DNA of 51,295 bases, taken from the NCBI GenBank assembly GCA_964369875.1, contig CAYJHY010000001.1, forward strand, positions 1-51,295. Direction: 5' to 3'. Shown here one piece after another: positions 1-7,918 of this stretch. The notes below the pieces were generated by a model. It worked only from the letters and a program-made list of their open reading frames with translations, was not told the origin of the DNA and did no database searches. Source of the stretch: an uncultured Mailhella sp. (GTDB lineage Bacteria; Desulfobacterota; Desulfovibrionia; Desulfovibrionales; Desulfovibrionaceae). A program made the position numbers and the translations under genes. Numbering within the stretch: position 1 is the first letter of the stretch; the number at the start of each line of letters is the position of its first letter.

Positions 1-54
1 ACCTGCGACTCTCTGCTTAAAAGGCAGGTACTCTACCGACTGAGTTAACACCCC
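1..54 (-). tRNA. tRNA-Lys(UUU), truncated by the window edge
   Basis: Identical to the corresponding part of the three complete copies. Confidence 0.9.
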
Positions 55-102
55 ATAATTTCGGCTTGCTTTATAGAAAAATCCTATAACTCGGTAAGTG
101 GA

Positions 103-178
103 TGGTGGGGTGTGCAGGATTCGAACCTGCGACTCTCTGCTTAAAAGGCAGGTACTCTACCGACTGAGTTAACACCCC
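103..178 (-). tRNA. tRNA-Lys(UUU)
   Basis: Reverse complement folds as a 76-nt cloverleaf: acceptor GGGGTGT/ACACCCC, anticodon loop CTTTTAA, TTCGAAT T-loop, encoded CCA. C.A mismatch at the top of the anticodon stem. Confidence 0.97.
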
Positions 179-226
179 ATAATTTCGGCTTGCTTTATAG
201 AAAAATCCTATAACTCGGTAAGTGGA

Positions 227-302
227 TGGTGGGGTGTGCAGGATTCGAACCTGCGACTCTCTGCTTAAAAGGCAGGTACTCTACCGACTGAGTTAACACC
301 CC
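227..302 (-). tRNA. tRNA-Lys(UUU)
   Basis: Identical to 103-178. Confidence 0.97.
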
Positions 303-350
303 ATAATTTCGGCTTGCTTTATAGAAAAATCCTATAACTCGGTAAGTGGA

Positions 351-426
351 TGGTGGGGTGTGCAGGATTCGAACCTGCGACTCTCTGCTTAAAAGGCAGG
401 TACTCTACCGACTGAGTTAACACCCC
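351..426 (-). tRNA. tRNA-Lys(UUU), first gene of the array
   Basis: Identical to 103-178. Confidence 0.97.
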
Positions 427-444
427 ATTCCGTTCGCGAAAATA

Positions 445-473
445 TAAGTACCTCAACAGACCATAAGTGTCAA
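445..473 (-). promoter_or_regulatory. Probable sigma70 promoter of the tRNA-Lys array
   Basis: Minus strand TTGACA (473-468), 17 nt, then TACTTA; the -10 match is weak. Confidence 0.55.
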
Positions 474-567
474 GCAAAAAAAATAAAAAATATTATTTTT
501 TTTCATCATCAAACATTATTATGCATTAATTCAATATGTTACAAACCATCTATTTCAACTTTTCTTT

Positions 568-597
568 TTGACACATAGTTACTCCTTATTGTATACT
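568..597 (+). promoter_or_regulatory. Probable sigma70 promoter of the AsmA-family gene
   Basis: TTGACA-18nt-TATACT upstream of the ATG at 662. Confidence 0.55.
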
Positions 598-661
598 ATC
601 TATGTTAAATTAGATAAGAACGATTTTTATTGCAAATTTTACCTACGGGATACCTTCAAAT

Positions 662-2692
662 ATGAAAGTAAAAGTATTCACCAGCATTGTTGTAATTCTT
701 CTCTCACTCTTTTGTTGTACCTACATTTTTATATCAATGAACAGTGATTACATTTTGAAAAAATTCAGTACTTATGCTCAAACAGTTTCCGGTTCCCCAC
801 TTTACATGGAAAAATTGCCGAGCATCAGTTTTTTCCCAAAGCCGGCAGTCAAACTTGCAAAATCTTCTTGGGGTGATGACTATTGTCGTCTGACTTTTGA
901 TAGTGCCAATCTTGAAATATCTCTCTTACCTCTTTTATGGGGAACTATTGAATTTCCTACTATAAAAATCGATAAAATGCGTTTTTTTGTAAATACACAA
1001 GACAGTTTTGCCGATATGTATGATTCAAGAAAAAGAAAATATTCAGCCAATATTACACATCAAGCAGCCGAAGAGTTGAAAAAGTACAACTTCACGCCTT
1101 TCTTAAACTCTTTACTCAAGCATGGCTCTAAAGACATTATTTTGTCTGACAGTTCCTTTGTTATCAGAGAAGACGAAAACATGTTTTACTTTGACGGCGT
1201 TCATCTTGACCTCACTAATTTATTTGAAGGGGAAACAGCCGAACTCAACCTTCTTGGCACCCTTTCCCACTCTACCCACTTGACCCAGTATGATAAGTAT
1301 AATACGCATATTAAAGCCAATATAGAGTTTATTGTGCTTAAAAACACTATAGACGTGAATATGAAGAATATACAACTTACACCTTATGGCGGGTTCAATT
1401 TTAAAGATCCGGTTTCGCTAACGGCAAAAGCAAAGCTAAAAGCAAGCCCACTCCTTTTTACAGAGCTAGAAGGTGACATTTTAGGATCTTTTATTAATCT
1501 CCACTTTAAAGGTGTTAATAATCTAACCACCACCAATGGCGAAATAAAACTTACCGGTGAACTCAATCCGTTGTTGGTTACTAAAAACTTCATGACCGAA
1601 ATCCAAGCCGATAAGCCTATGAATTGGGAACACCTTGCCATAGATACTAAATTTGTATATAAAGAGCAAGAATACCATCTCCATAATATATTAATCAAGC
1701 AAGACGATGCAAAGATTAACGGAAAAATTTGTTATTTTGAACATAGCGATGAACTAAACGTGGAGTTAACAGCACACAATATAAATGTTGATAACTATGC
1801 CTTTAGCGTACACAAAACAACACATGAATCTTCCCTTCTTGAAAATATTACCCAGACAGAGCAAGCAAATTCATTCCTAGCCCCCAAAACAACACAAAAA
1901 AAATCAAAACAAAATCAAAACTATAGAATTTCCTTACCCAATATTTTTCAAAAAAGTAAATTTGAAGGAAAAATCACTCTCAGTAATTTCGTATACAACA
2001 ACTACACTTTTGATAATATCAGCACTGAGCTAGGTGGTAAAAATAGTGTGATATGTTTAAATCCTGTAGAAATTATCGCTTTTCAAAACAGGGTAAATGG
2101 CGAAATCAACCTTGATTTGTCCCTTAATCAATATATTAATGCATCTTTTGCCATACCTTCTTTCGACTTGGACACTTTCAACAGCACCCTACTGCAAAAA
2201 GACAGTCTAAAAGGACAAGGGAACGCTAAACTTTACTTTCACTTTCCTATTAACAATGCCAGTCGCTCCATTAATGGAAACGGACAAATCAATTTCTCTG
2301 CTTTAGATGTTCAAGCAAATAAAATCCCCTTTCTTGCTGACATCCTCCGCAAAAATAACATCTCACAAAAAAATCATTTATTTAGCGGACAGGTACACTA
2401 TCAACTAAAAGATAATGTTTTCAATATCAATACCGCAGAACTTTTTTCCAAAGAACTTAATCTCTCAGCTAACGGCACTATTGATAGCATATTAAAACAA
2501 CTTAATCTTACAGGTAGGGTCGGTTACACTAAAGATGGTCTCGAGCTCCCCTTCCTCCTTAAAGGAAACTTAAAACATCCACAGCTTGAAATAAACCTTG
2601 ATAAACCTATAAAAATAAAAAATAATACTTTTGAATTAAATATTAAAAATAAAAAATCTTCTCAAGATGCGGTTAACTCGCTCCTTCAATAA
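662..2692 (+). CDS. AsmA-family protein
   Basis: N-terminal hydrophobic anchor, SFFPKPAVKL...ISLLPLLWG AsmA-like N-terminus, long beta-rich body and C-terminal LPFLLKGNLKHP. Confidence 0.75.
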   Translation: MKVKVFTSIVVILLSLFCCTYIFISMNSDYILKKFSTYAQTVSGSPLYMEKLPSISFFPKPAVKLAKSSWGDDYCRLTFDSANLEISLLPLLWGTIEFPTIKIDKMRFFVNTQDSFADMYDSRKRKYSANITHQAAEELKKYNFTPFLNSLLKHGSKDIILSDSSFVIREDENMFYFDGVHLDLTNLFEGETAELNLLGTLSHSTHLTQYDKYNTHIKANIEFIVLKNTIDVNMKNIQLTPYGGFNFKDPVSLTAKAKLKASPLLFTELEGDILGSFINLHFKGVNNLTTTNGEIKLTGELNPLLVTKNFMTEIQADKPMNWEHLAIDTKFVYKEQEYHLHNILIKQDDAKINGKICYFEHSDELNVELTAHNINVDNYAFSVHKTTHESSLLENITQTEQANSFLAPKTTQKKSKQNQNYRISLPNIFQKSKFEGKITLSNFVYNNYTFDNISTELGGKNSVICLNPVEIIAFQNRVNGEINLDLSLNQYINASFAIPSFDLDTFNSTLLQKDSLKGQGNAKLYFHFPINNASRSINGNGQINFSALDVQANKIPFLADILRKNNISQKNHLFSGQVHYQLKDNVFNINTAELFSKELNLSANGTIDSILKQLNLTGRVGYTKDGLELPFLLKGNLKHPQLEINLDKPIKIKNNTFELNIKNKKSSQDAVNSLLQ

Positions 2693-2772
2693 ACGTCTTG
2701 CCATGGCTAACAGTTACTGGATTCTCAAATATCGGTTATACTTGAATTGTGCTGCTTAGTACGGAGAAAAAA

Positions 2773-3165
2773 ATGGATGAATATCTAAAACAAGCCCTTG
2801 AAATAGTAAAAGCACAGGCTTCTGTGCGTATTATGTCCGAAGAAGAGATTACGTCCATGGTGCGAACATTGGCGTATCATTTGCGTACTTTGGAAGATAT
2901 GTCTTTTGAAGAGGAAGAAACCAAAGAGCCACCCATTGACCCGACAAAGTCCATCAAAGAAAAAACCATTACTTGCCTTGAATGCGGAAAGACATTTAAA
3001 ATCTTGACAAAGAAACATCTAGCAAACCACAACCTCGACACAGACAGTTATCGTGAAAAATGGGGATTGAAAAAATCTACCCCTCTAGTTTGCAAAGAAC
3101 TGCAAAGAGAACGACGAAAAAAAATGAAAGAAATGAAACTTTGGGAAAAAAGAGCGAAAAACTAA
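2773..3165 (+). CDS. mucR: MucR/Ros-family zinc-finger regulator
   Basis: ITCLECGKTFKILTKKHLANH...YREKWG motif; GGAG RBS before the ATG at 2773. Confidence 0.9.
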   Translation: MDEYLKQALEIVKAQASVRIMSEEEITSMVRTLAYHLRTLEDMSFEEEETKEPPIDPTKSIKEKTITCLECGKTFKILTKKHLANHNLDTDSYREKWGLKKSTPLVCKELQRERRKKMKEMKLWEKRAKN

Positions 3166-3301
3166 AAACATTATTCAGTCGCACTTAAAAAAACAAGTTA
3201 TCAACAATAAAAAAATATATAACAACATACTGTTTTTACAAAACATTTTAGGAACAAATCAATAACAAAATGAAAATTTGTATTTTTATAAAAAAAATCG
3301 C

Positions 3302-3329
3302 TTGACAAATTTTTGAATTCAAGTATAAC
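3302..3329 (+). promoter_or_regulatory. sigma70 promoter of tRNA-Leu
   Basis: TTGACA-16nt-TATAAC ending 10 nt before the tRNA. Confidence 0.7.
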
Positions 3330-3339
3330 AACAAAACAC

Positions 3340-3426
3340 GCCGGGATGGTGGAATTGGTAGACGCATCGGACTCAAAATCCGACGGGTGCAAGCCCTTGG
3401 GAGTTCAAGTCTCCCTCCCGGTACCA
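3340..3426 (+). tRNA. tRNA-Leu(CAA), probable integration site
   Basis: 87-nt cloverleaf with long variable arm, anticodon arm TCGGA-CTCAAAA-TCCGA and encoded CCA. Confidence 0.97.
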
Positions 3427-3457
3427 TCTTACTTATCAAGTTATATAAGTTATACAC

Positions 3458-3492
3458 AAAACTCATTGGAGTAATTTCCAATGAGTTTTTTT
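3458..3492 (+). terminator. Intrinsic terminator after tRNA-Leu
   Basis: 13-bp stem AAAACTCATTGGA/TCCAATGAGTTTT, 6-nt loop, T-run. Confidence 0.8.
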
Positions 3493-3505
3493 GTTTAAAG
3501 TACAC

Positions 3506-3547
3506 AAAAAAGTCCTCTTTGGAAAGAAACCAAAGAGGACTTTTTTT
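3506..3547. terminator. Second hairpin, bidirectional terminator-like
   Basis: AAAAAAGTCCTCTTTGG-7nt-CCAAAGAGGACTTTTTT. Confidence 0.75.
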
Positions 3548-3754
3548 ATGCAAAATAAAGAATTTAAAAATTACAACACCTTAGAAACAAACAACCGTCA
3601 GGAATTCGGCCTCAAAACGGCTTCTTTCCTTATGGATTACTTCAAAACTCCGCAAGCTCTTGCTAATGCATCCATCACAGAGATTTTAGCCTGCTTTTCT
3701 AACGGTGATACCGCTCCCCTCATAAAAGAAATACGCAACAGTCAAGGATACTAG
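3548..3754 (+). CDS. 68-aa hypothetical protein with an HhH-like segment
   Basis: GAGGA RBS 8 nt before the ATG; FKTPQALANASITEI resembles the helix preceding HhH motifs. Confidence 0.45.
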   Translation: MQNKEFKNYNTLETNNRQEFGLKTASFLMDYFKTPQALANASITEILACFSNGDTAPLIKEIRNSQGY

Positions 3755-3771
3755 CGCACTTCAACATGAAA

Positions 3772-3837
3772 GACGAAACAGCACGATTTTCGGGCTGTCT
3801 GCGCTTCGTGGTGAAAGCGCACTGATGAGTCAGCCAC
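3772..3837 (+). ncRNA. Type II hammerhead ribozyme with pseudoknot; predicted cleavage after C3799
   Basis: Complete core: GAA-A (3775-78), GUC (3797-99), CUGAUGA (3822-28). Stem II GAC/GTC, stem III ACAGC/GCTGT, stem I TGCGCTT/AAGCGCA. Loop I GTGGT pairs with tail GCCAC. Confidence 0.92.
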
Positions 3838-3887
3838 TCAACTATCTTTCTATGAGGTCAAGCCTATAGACAACACCAATGCTCTTG

Positions 3888-3975
3888 AAAAGCGAAAAGC
3901 TCAGGAGGTGCGAACTCATGAGCTTTGCATAGAGTAATTTCATTCTTACTCCAATATTGTTGGAAAAATAACAAT
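3888..3975 (-). ncRNA. Predicted antisense (countertranscript) RNA upstream of rep
   Basis: Bounded by a minus-strand promoter and a hairpin plus U-rich tract; three stem-loops at 3956-75, 3932-51 and 3896-3926. Ends are approximate. Confidence 0.6.
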
Positions 3976-3981
3976 GAAGTT

Positions 3982-4010
3982 ACATTACCCGTTTTCGACT
4001 CTAGTGTCAA
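3982..4010 (-). promoter_or_regulatory. sigma70 promoter of the antisense RNA
   Basis: Minus strand TTGACA-17nt-TAATGT. Confidence 0.7.
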
Positions 4011-4061
4011 GAATTGGGGGGCTATGTTGCGGACTTTTTTTGAGTAAAAAGGAAAAATAGC

Positions 4062-5174
4062 ATGGAAGCATTTGTTCCCACTCAACAAACTAAGGATTTT
4101 GTAATGTCCCCAAACTTCATTCTCAAACAAAAAGACCTGTGCCAAGGCGCAAAGACGCTTTTTATTGCTCTTTGCAGCTTTGCTCGGAATAAGAATTTTT
4201 GCTACCCCTCCTTGCGAACCTTAGCCATAGAAATTTCAGCTTCGGTAAATTCTATAAAAAGCTGGCTGGCTCAGCTTACACGCTTTGGTTTTATCAAAAC
4301 AGAGAAAACTAACCGTGGAAACCTTTTCTATCTCTTTTGCCCTTCTTCAACGTCTTGTGCATCAGCTCCCACCAGTCACGACCGCCCTGCCAAATTCGGT
4401 TCATCAACACCCTTAAGAACGCCTGCTACATCGAGCTCCCCTGTATCAAATTCTGATACAAGTGTATCAAATCTTGATACAGCAGGCCTGTCAAAATTTG
4501 ATACCAAAGAAAATACAATCAAGAAAACAATAAACACACCCATACGCATCTCACAAGTACACAAGCTTGGACAAAGCAAACAAACTTCCTCAGAGACAAA
4601 AGGTATAGAGTCGAGGGGAGAGGCTTCCTTTGATGATTTTTGGAACGCTTATCCCCGTCAGGAAAATAAGCAAAAGGCCAAACTTGCTTTTGATAAAATC
4701 CAGAAGCACAGAAAACTTCCAAGCCTCCATATATTCAAAAATGCTTTGGCAATTTTCCGAAAAAGCCCTCAGTGGGAAAGAGAAAGCGGTCGCTACATCC
4801 CTTTGCTACACAATTTTTTCTATGATTTACGGTGGGAAGATATTCCCCCTCAAGAACTTATGAACGTGGAAAAAGTTAAAGAAACACTTCAAGAAAAAGT
4901 ACACATTGAATCGGTGGAACAAAGCCGTAAACGCCTTCAAGAAGAAAGATTAACTCGTTCACAAGCCAAGCAATCCCAAGAAAAATTGGAACGTGCGTGG
5001 AAAGCATTTTCCAATCAGTTCAAGGCCGATAATTCTCTCAATCAACATTTGGCCAAGTTTGTTTTTATCTCCCACTACTCGCAAGGAAATCCCTTGCAAG
5101 TGTTCCAAAAGCAAGACACCACCATCCATGAATATCTTTTGCAAAACAAACTTATCTCAAACAAAGCAATGTAA
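4062..5174 (+). CDS. HTH-domain replication initiator-like protein (phage O/replisome-organizer type)
   Basis: N-terminal winged HTH (AKTLF...CYPSLRTLA), Ser/Thr linker with DNA repeats, FDDFWNAYPR...K.KA motif; AAGGA RBS. Confidence 0.75.
   Translation: MEAFVPTQQTKDFVMSPNFILKQKDLCQGAKTLFIALCSFARNKNFCYPSLRTLAIEISASVNSIKSWLAQLTRFGFIKTEKTNRGNLFYLFCPSSTSCASAPTSHDRPAKFGSSTPLRTPATSSSPVSNSDTSVSNLDTAGLSKFDTKENTIKKTINTPIRISQVHKLGQSKQTSSETKGIESRGEASFDDFWNAYPRQENKQKAKLAFDKIQKHRKLPSLHIFKNALAIFRKSPQWERESGRYIPLLHNFFYDLRWEDIPPQELMNVEKVKETLQEKVHIESVEQSRKRLQEERLTRSQAKQSQEKLERAWKAFSNQFKADNSLNQHLAKFVFISHYSQGNPLQVFQKQDTTIHEYLLQNKLISNKAM
4442..4505. repeat. Three 19-bp palindromic iteron-like repeats inside rep (putative origin)
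   Basis: TGTATCAAATTCTGATACA (4442), TGTATCAAATCTTGATACA (4463) and CCTGTCAAAATTTGATACC (4487), followed by an A-rich strand. Confidence 0.75.
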
Positions 5175-5193
5175 TGCAATGAAAGGAATAACT

Positions 5194-5400
5194 ATGAATA
5201 CACCCAAGAAAAAACGCGTTCCGCACGGGGTTGTTTTAGCCGAATACCGAAAGCATGCCGAACTCATTCTTCGTCTTCTCCTTGAAGGCTACTCTATCAA
5301 TTGTATCCATCAAATCTTACAAAAGGAGCACAATGTTCTTATGTGCTACGACTCCCTATGCAGAATGGTGAAAAAACATAATCTACCCAAGAATTTTTAA
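5194..5400 (+). CDS. IncP TraK-like small DNA-binding protein
   Basis: GYSINCIHQIL...YDSLCRMVKK matches the TraK pattern; AAGGA RBS before the ATG at 5194. Confidence 0.6.
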   Translation: MNTPKKKRVPHGVVLAEYRKHAELILRLLLEGYSINCIHQILQKEHNVLMCYDSLCRMVKKHNLPKNF

Positions 5401-5415
5401 CCGAGAAGGTCAATT

Positions 5416-6294
5416 ATGAAGCTTTTCCCATTTTGCGCGCTTACTCTTTTAGTTTTGGGGCAATCAGGCTTTGTCCATGCCCAAGAAACAAATGGGGGTA
5501 ACGGTCAAACAAGCAATGCTCAATTACTTTTTGAAGAATCTCTTGAACTGCTCAAGCCCTTGTCCGACGAGCAAATTAAGCAATTCAGGGAATTTTCCAA
5601 ACAACAAGACGAAGCCCTATCTCCTGCAATCCCCAAGCTTCGCACAAGGATGGTACAAGTCACCCTGGAACCGGGAAGACAACCTATCACAGTACACACC
5701 ACGGCTAACACTGTTACAGCCATTGTTTTCCATGACAACACAGGAAGCCCTTGGGAAATAACCTCACTCACCAACGGCTCACCTACAAACTTTCAAATCC
5801 TAAAGCCCGAAATCCCTGACGGTAATTTGATTAATATTCTGCCTCTGAAATCCAATGTGTCATCTAACATCGTTGTTACATTGAAAGACAAAGATATTCC
5901 TATGATTATTGCCATACAGTCGGACAACATCAAAGCTTCTGCCCGTTCAGGCGATTCCATGGTGCTTGTTAAACTTGCCCACATGGGGCCGAAAGCTGTT
6001 GCGCCGATCGTGGAAAAATTTGATGAAACCGTCAACTCCACAATGCTTTCCATACTGGATCATGTTCCGCCACAAGAAGCAAAACTTCTCAAGCTTTCCT
6101 CTAAAGTACCCAATTTGAAAATTTGGCAGTACAAAAAAAAGCTCTATATACGCACTCAAGATTTGCTCATTTTTCCCTCTTGGTTAGCCTCAGTTCACGG
6201 AGCAGGAAATATTAAATGCTATGAAGTGACGGCATCCCATAAGCGCATTTTACTTTCTGTGAATGGCGTTATTCAAACCATTGATTTGGAGTAA
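5416..6294 (+). CDS. dotH: DotH/IcmK (TraN-like) core complex protein
   Basis: Signal peptide; VTLEPG..P...TAIVFHDNTGSPWEI motif. Confidence 0.85.
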   Translation: MKLFPFCALTLLVLGQSGFVHAQETNGGNGQTSNAQLLFEESLELLKPLSDEQIKQFREFSKQQDEALSPAIPKLRTRMVQVTLEPGRQPITVHTTANTVTAIVFHDNTGSPWEITSLTNGSPTNFQILKPEIPDGNLINILPLKSNVSSNIVVTLKDKDIPMIIAIQSDNIKASARSGDSMVLVKLAHMGPKAVAPIVEKFDETVNSTMLSILDHVPPQEAKLLKLSSKVPNLKIWQYKKKLYIRTQDLLIFPSWLASVHGAGNIKCYEVTASHKRILLSVNGVIQTIDLE

Positions 6295-6298
6295 AGCC

Positions 6299-7396
6299 AT
6301 GAATGTCAATGAAAAGCGTCGTAGAGCGATTATATATGGTGGTCTTTTTGGGATTATATGCTTAGCCATTACTTTTGTTGTGCTGAGTGTATTTAGCAAA
6401 GACAAAGTTCAGTTGTCGTCTGATGTTTCTGAGGCCAACACCACAAGAGTAGAAGGGGCAGTGGCAAGCAGTAATGCTTCTGAAGAATACAATCAAATGC
6501 TCAAGAAGCACGATGATAACGAAGCAAACAAGGCTTTAGAAACCGGAGAATCTTATTTTTCCATTCCCACAAGCCAAAAACCTGTGGAAGTTCCCAAAGC
6601 GCCAGCACCAACGCCAACACCTGCTCCCGAACCAACCGTGGTTAAAAATGAAGAAGTTAAAGCCCCTGTTCAACCAAGAATAACCTTCACCCAAGATGAA
6701 TTGAAACGCATGACAGAAGCTATAGCTCTGCTTGATGAACAACTGGGAGCGCAAATAGGACAAGGAAATATCGCTTATATTGCAGAAATCCCTACCGAAG
6801 CAAGTGAGCAAAATACGCAAACTGAAAACACAAACCTTACTCCACAAGAGAACACTTTCAAGACAGGTGACTTGCTTTATGCCATTGTGGATACTGCCAT
6901 AAATTCCGACGTCAACTCTGTGGTTATGGCTACCATTGTTTCGGGAACGCATAAAAAAGCAAAACTTATCGGTAGCTTTGCACGTTTTGATAAAAGGTTA
7001 GTCATTCAATTTAACCGCGCTGTTTTACTCGATGGAACAGAAACACCTATAGAAGCCTATGCCATCGATCCCAAAACCACCGAAGCTTCTGTGGCAAGCC
7101 GTGTGAATACTCGTTTCTTTTCCCGTTGGGGCGGACTTATTGCCGCTTCATTCCTTGAAGGTTTTGGGGAAGCCACACAAATGAGCGGTGCTGAAAGCGT
7201 CGACAACGTTTTTGGTGAATCAACGGGAAGTATGGTGTTCAGTAATTATTCCGTAGCCGATCAAGCATGGATTGCCGCCGGCAAGGTAGGGGAAAAAGTA
7301 GGAGAGATTTTCACACAAAACTTCAATCGTCCTCCAACGGTTTATCTTGATATGGGTTCAGCCATCGGTATTTTGATTATAAACACAGGAAAATAA
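6299..7396 (+). CDS. dotG: DotG/IcmE (TraO, VirB10-like)
   Basis: N-terminal TM, Pro-rich linker, GDLLYAIVDTAINSD...AYAIDP...ASFLEGFG; GGAG RBS before 6299. Confidence 0.88.
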   Translation: MNVNEKRRRAIIYGGLFGIICLAITFVVLSVFSKDKVQLSSDVSEANTTRVEGAVASSNASEEYNQMLKKHDDNEANKALETGESYFSIPTSQKPVEVPKAPAPTPTPAPEPTVVKNEEVKAPVQPRITFTQDELKRMTEAIALLDEQLGAQIGQGNIAYIAEIPTEASEQNTQTENTNLTPQENTFKTGDLLYAIVDTAINSDVNSVVMATIVSGTHKKAKLIGSFARFDKRLVIQFNRAVLLDGTETPIEAYAIDPKTTEASVASRVNTRFFSRWGGLIAASFLEGFGEATQMSGAESVDNVFGESTGSMVFSNYSVADQAWIAAGKVGEKVGEIFTQNFNRPPTVYLDMGSAIGILIINTGK

Positions 7397-7397
7397 T

Positions 7398-7901
7398 ATG
7401 AGCTACATAACCAATGCCATAAGCACCCTCACCCCTTGGTGGACGACTATCAGCATGCTGGGCTATGTGCTCGGAATTACGCTTGCAGTCGCTTCGTTTT
7501 TCAGTGCGCTTAGCCGTGCTCGAGAACGTAGCTCTAACAACTACATCTGGCTTTTTATTGCTGCGGTTTTGTGCCTTAATTTTCCTGCTCTTTTGGATTC
7601 TATTTCCATGTCCATCTTTCAACAAAAAAGCGCCTCAAGCCTTTTATCTTATACGTCTGAGGCTCCAAACAGCGCAGAATATATAACTTTTGCCATTCGA
7701 GCAGTTATGCTCATCGGAGTAGTCGCCATTATACGAGGAATTAATTTTCTTCGTGACACCCCCCAGAGGGCAAAAGATTTCCCAAAAGCCATAACCCATG
7801 GAGTAGGAGGTACTTTAGCTGTCAATATAGTGCAATTTTTATACGCAATAGGCAATACGGCAGGCGGTGACATTAAGTCATATATCGAAATTATTCTCTA
7901 A
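7398..7901 (+). CDS. IcmC/DotE (TraQ-like) membrane protein
   Basis: Four hydrophobic segments, ITHGVGGTLAVNI motif, operon position. Confidence 0.7.
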   Translation: MSYITNAISTLTPWWTTISMLGYVLGITLAVASFFSALSRARERSSNNYIWLFIAAVLCLNFPALLDSISMSIFQQKSASSLLSYTSEAPNSAEYITFAIRAVMLIGVVAIIRGINFLRDTPQRAKDFPKAITHGVGGTLAVNIVQFLYAIGNTAGGDIKSYIEIIL

Positions 7902-7918
7902 ACGTTAGAAGGTAAAAA

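Larger units (their letters stand above)
1..426. repeat. Perfect 124-bp tandem repeat (76-nt tRNA plus 48-nt spacer), at least 3.4 units
   Basis: tRNA copies start at 103, 227 and 351; the spacers are identical. Confidence 0.95.

Noticed and set aside
1..426. CRISPR-like repeat-spacer pattern
   Set aside because: The repeats are tRNA genes, the spacers are identical and there are no cas genes.
3430..3456. AAGTTATA duplication after tRNA-Leu as integrase arm or IHF sites
   Set aside because: Too short and AT-rich, an imperfect IHF match, and untestable without the other end of the element.
3201..3584. ORFs 3201-3392, 3248-3553 and 3387-3584
   Set aside because: They overlap tRNA-Leu and its terminators; shadow ORFs.
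3864..4145. 93-aa minus-strand ORF
   Set aside because: It is antisense to the rep start, has no evident RBS and begins upstream of the antisense promoter.
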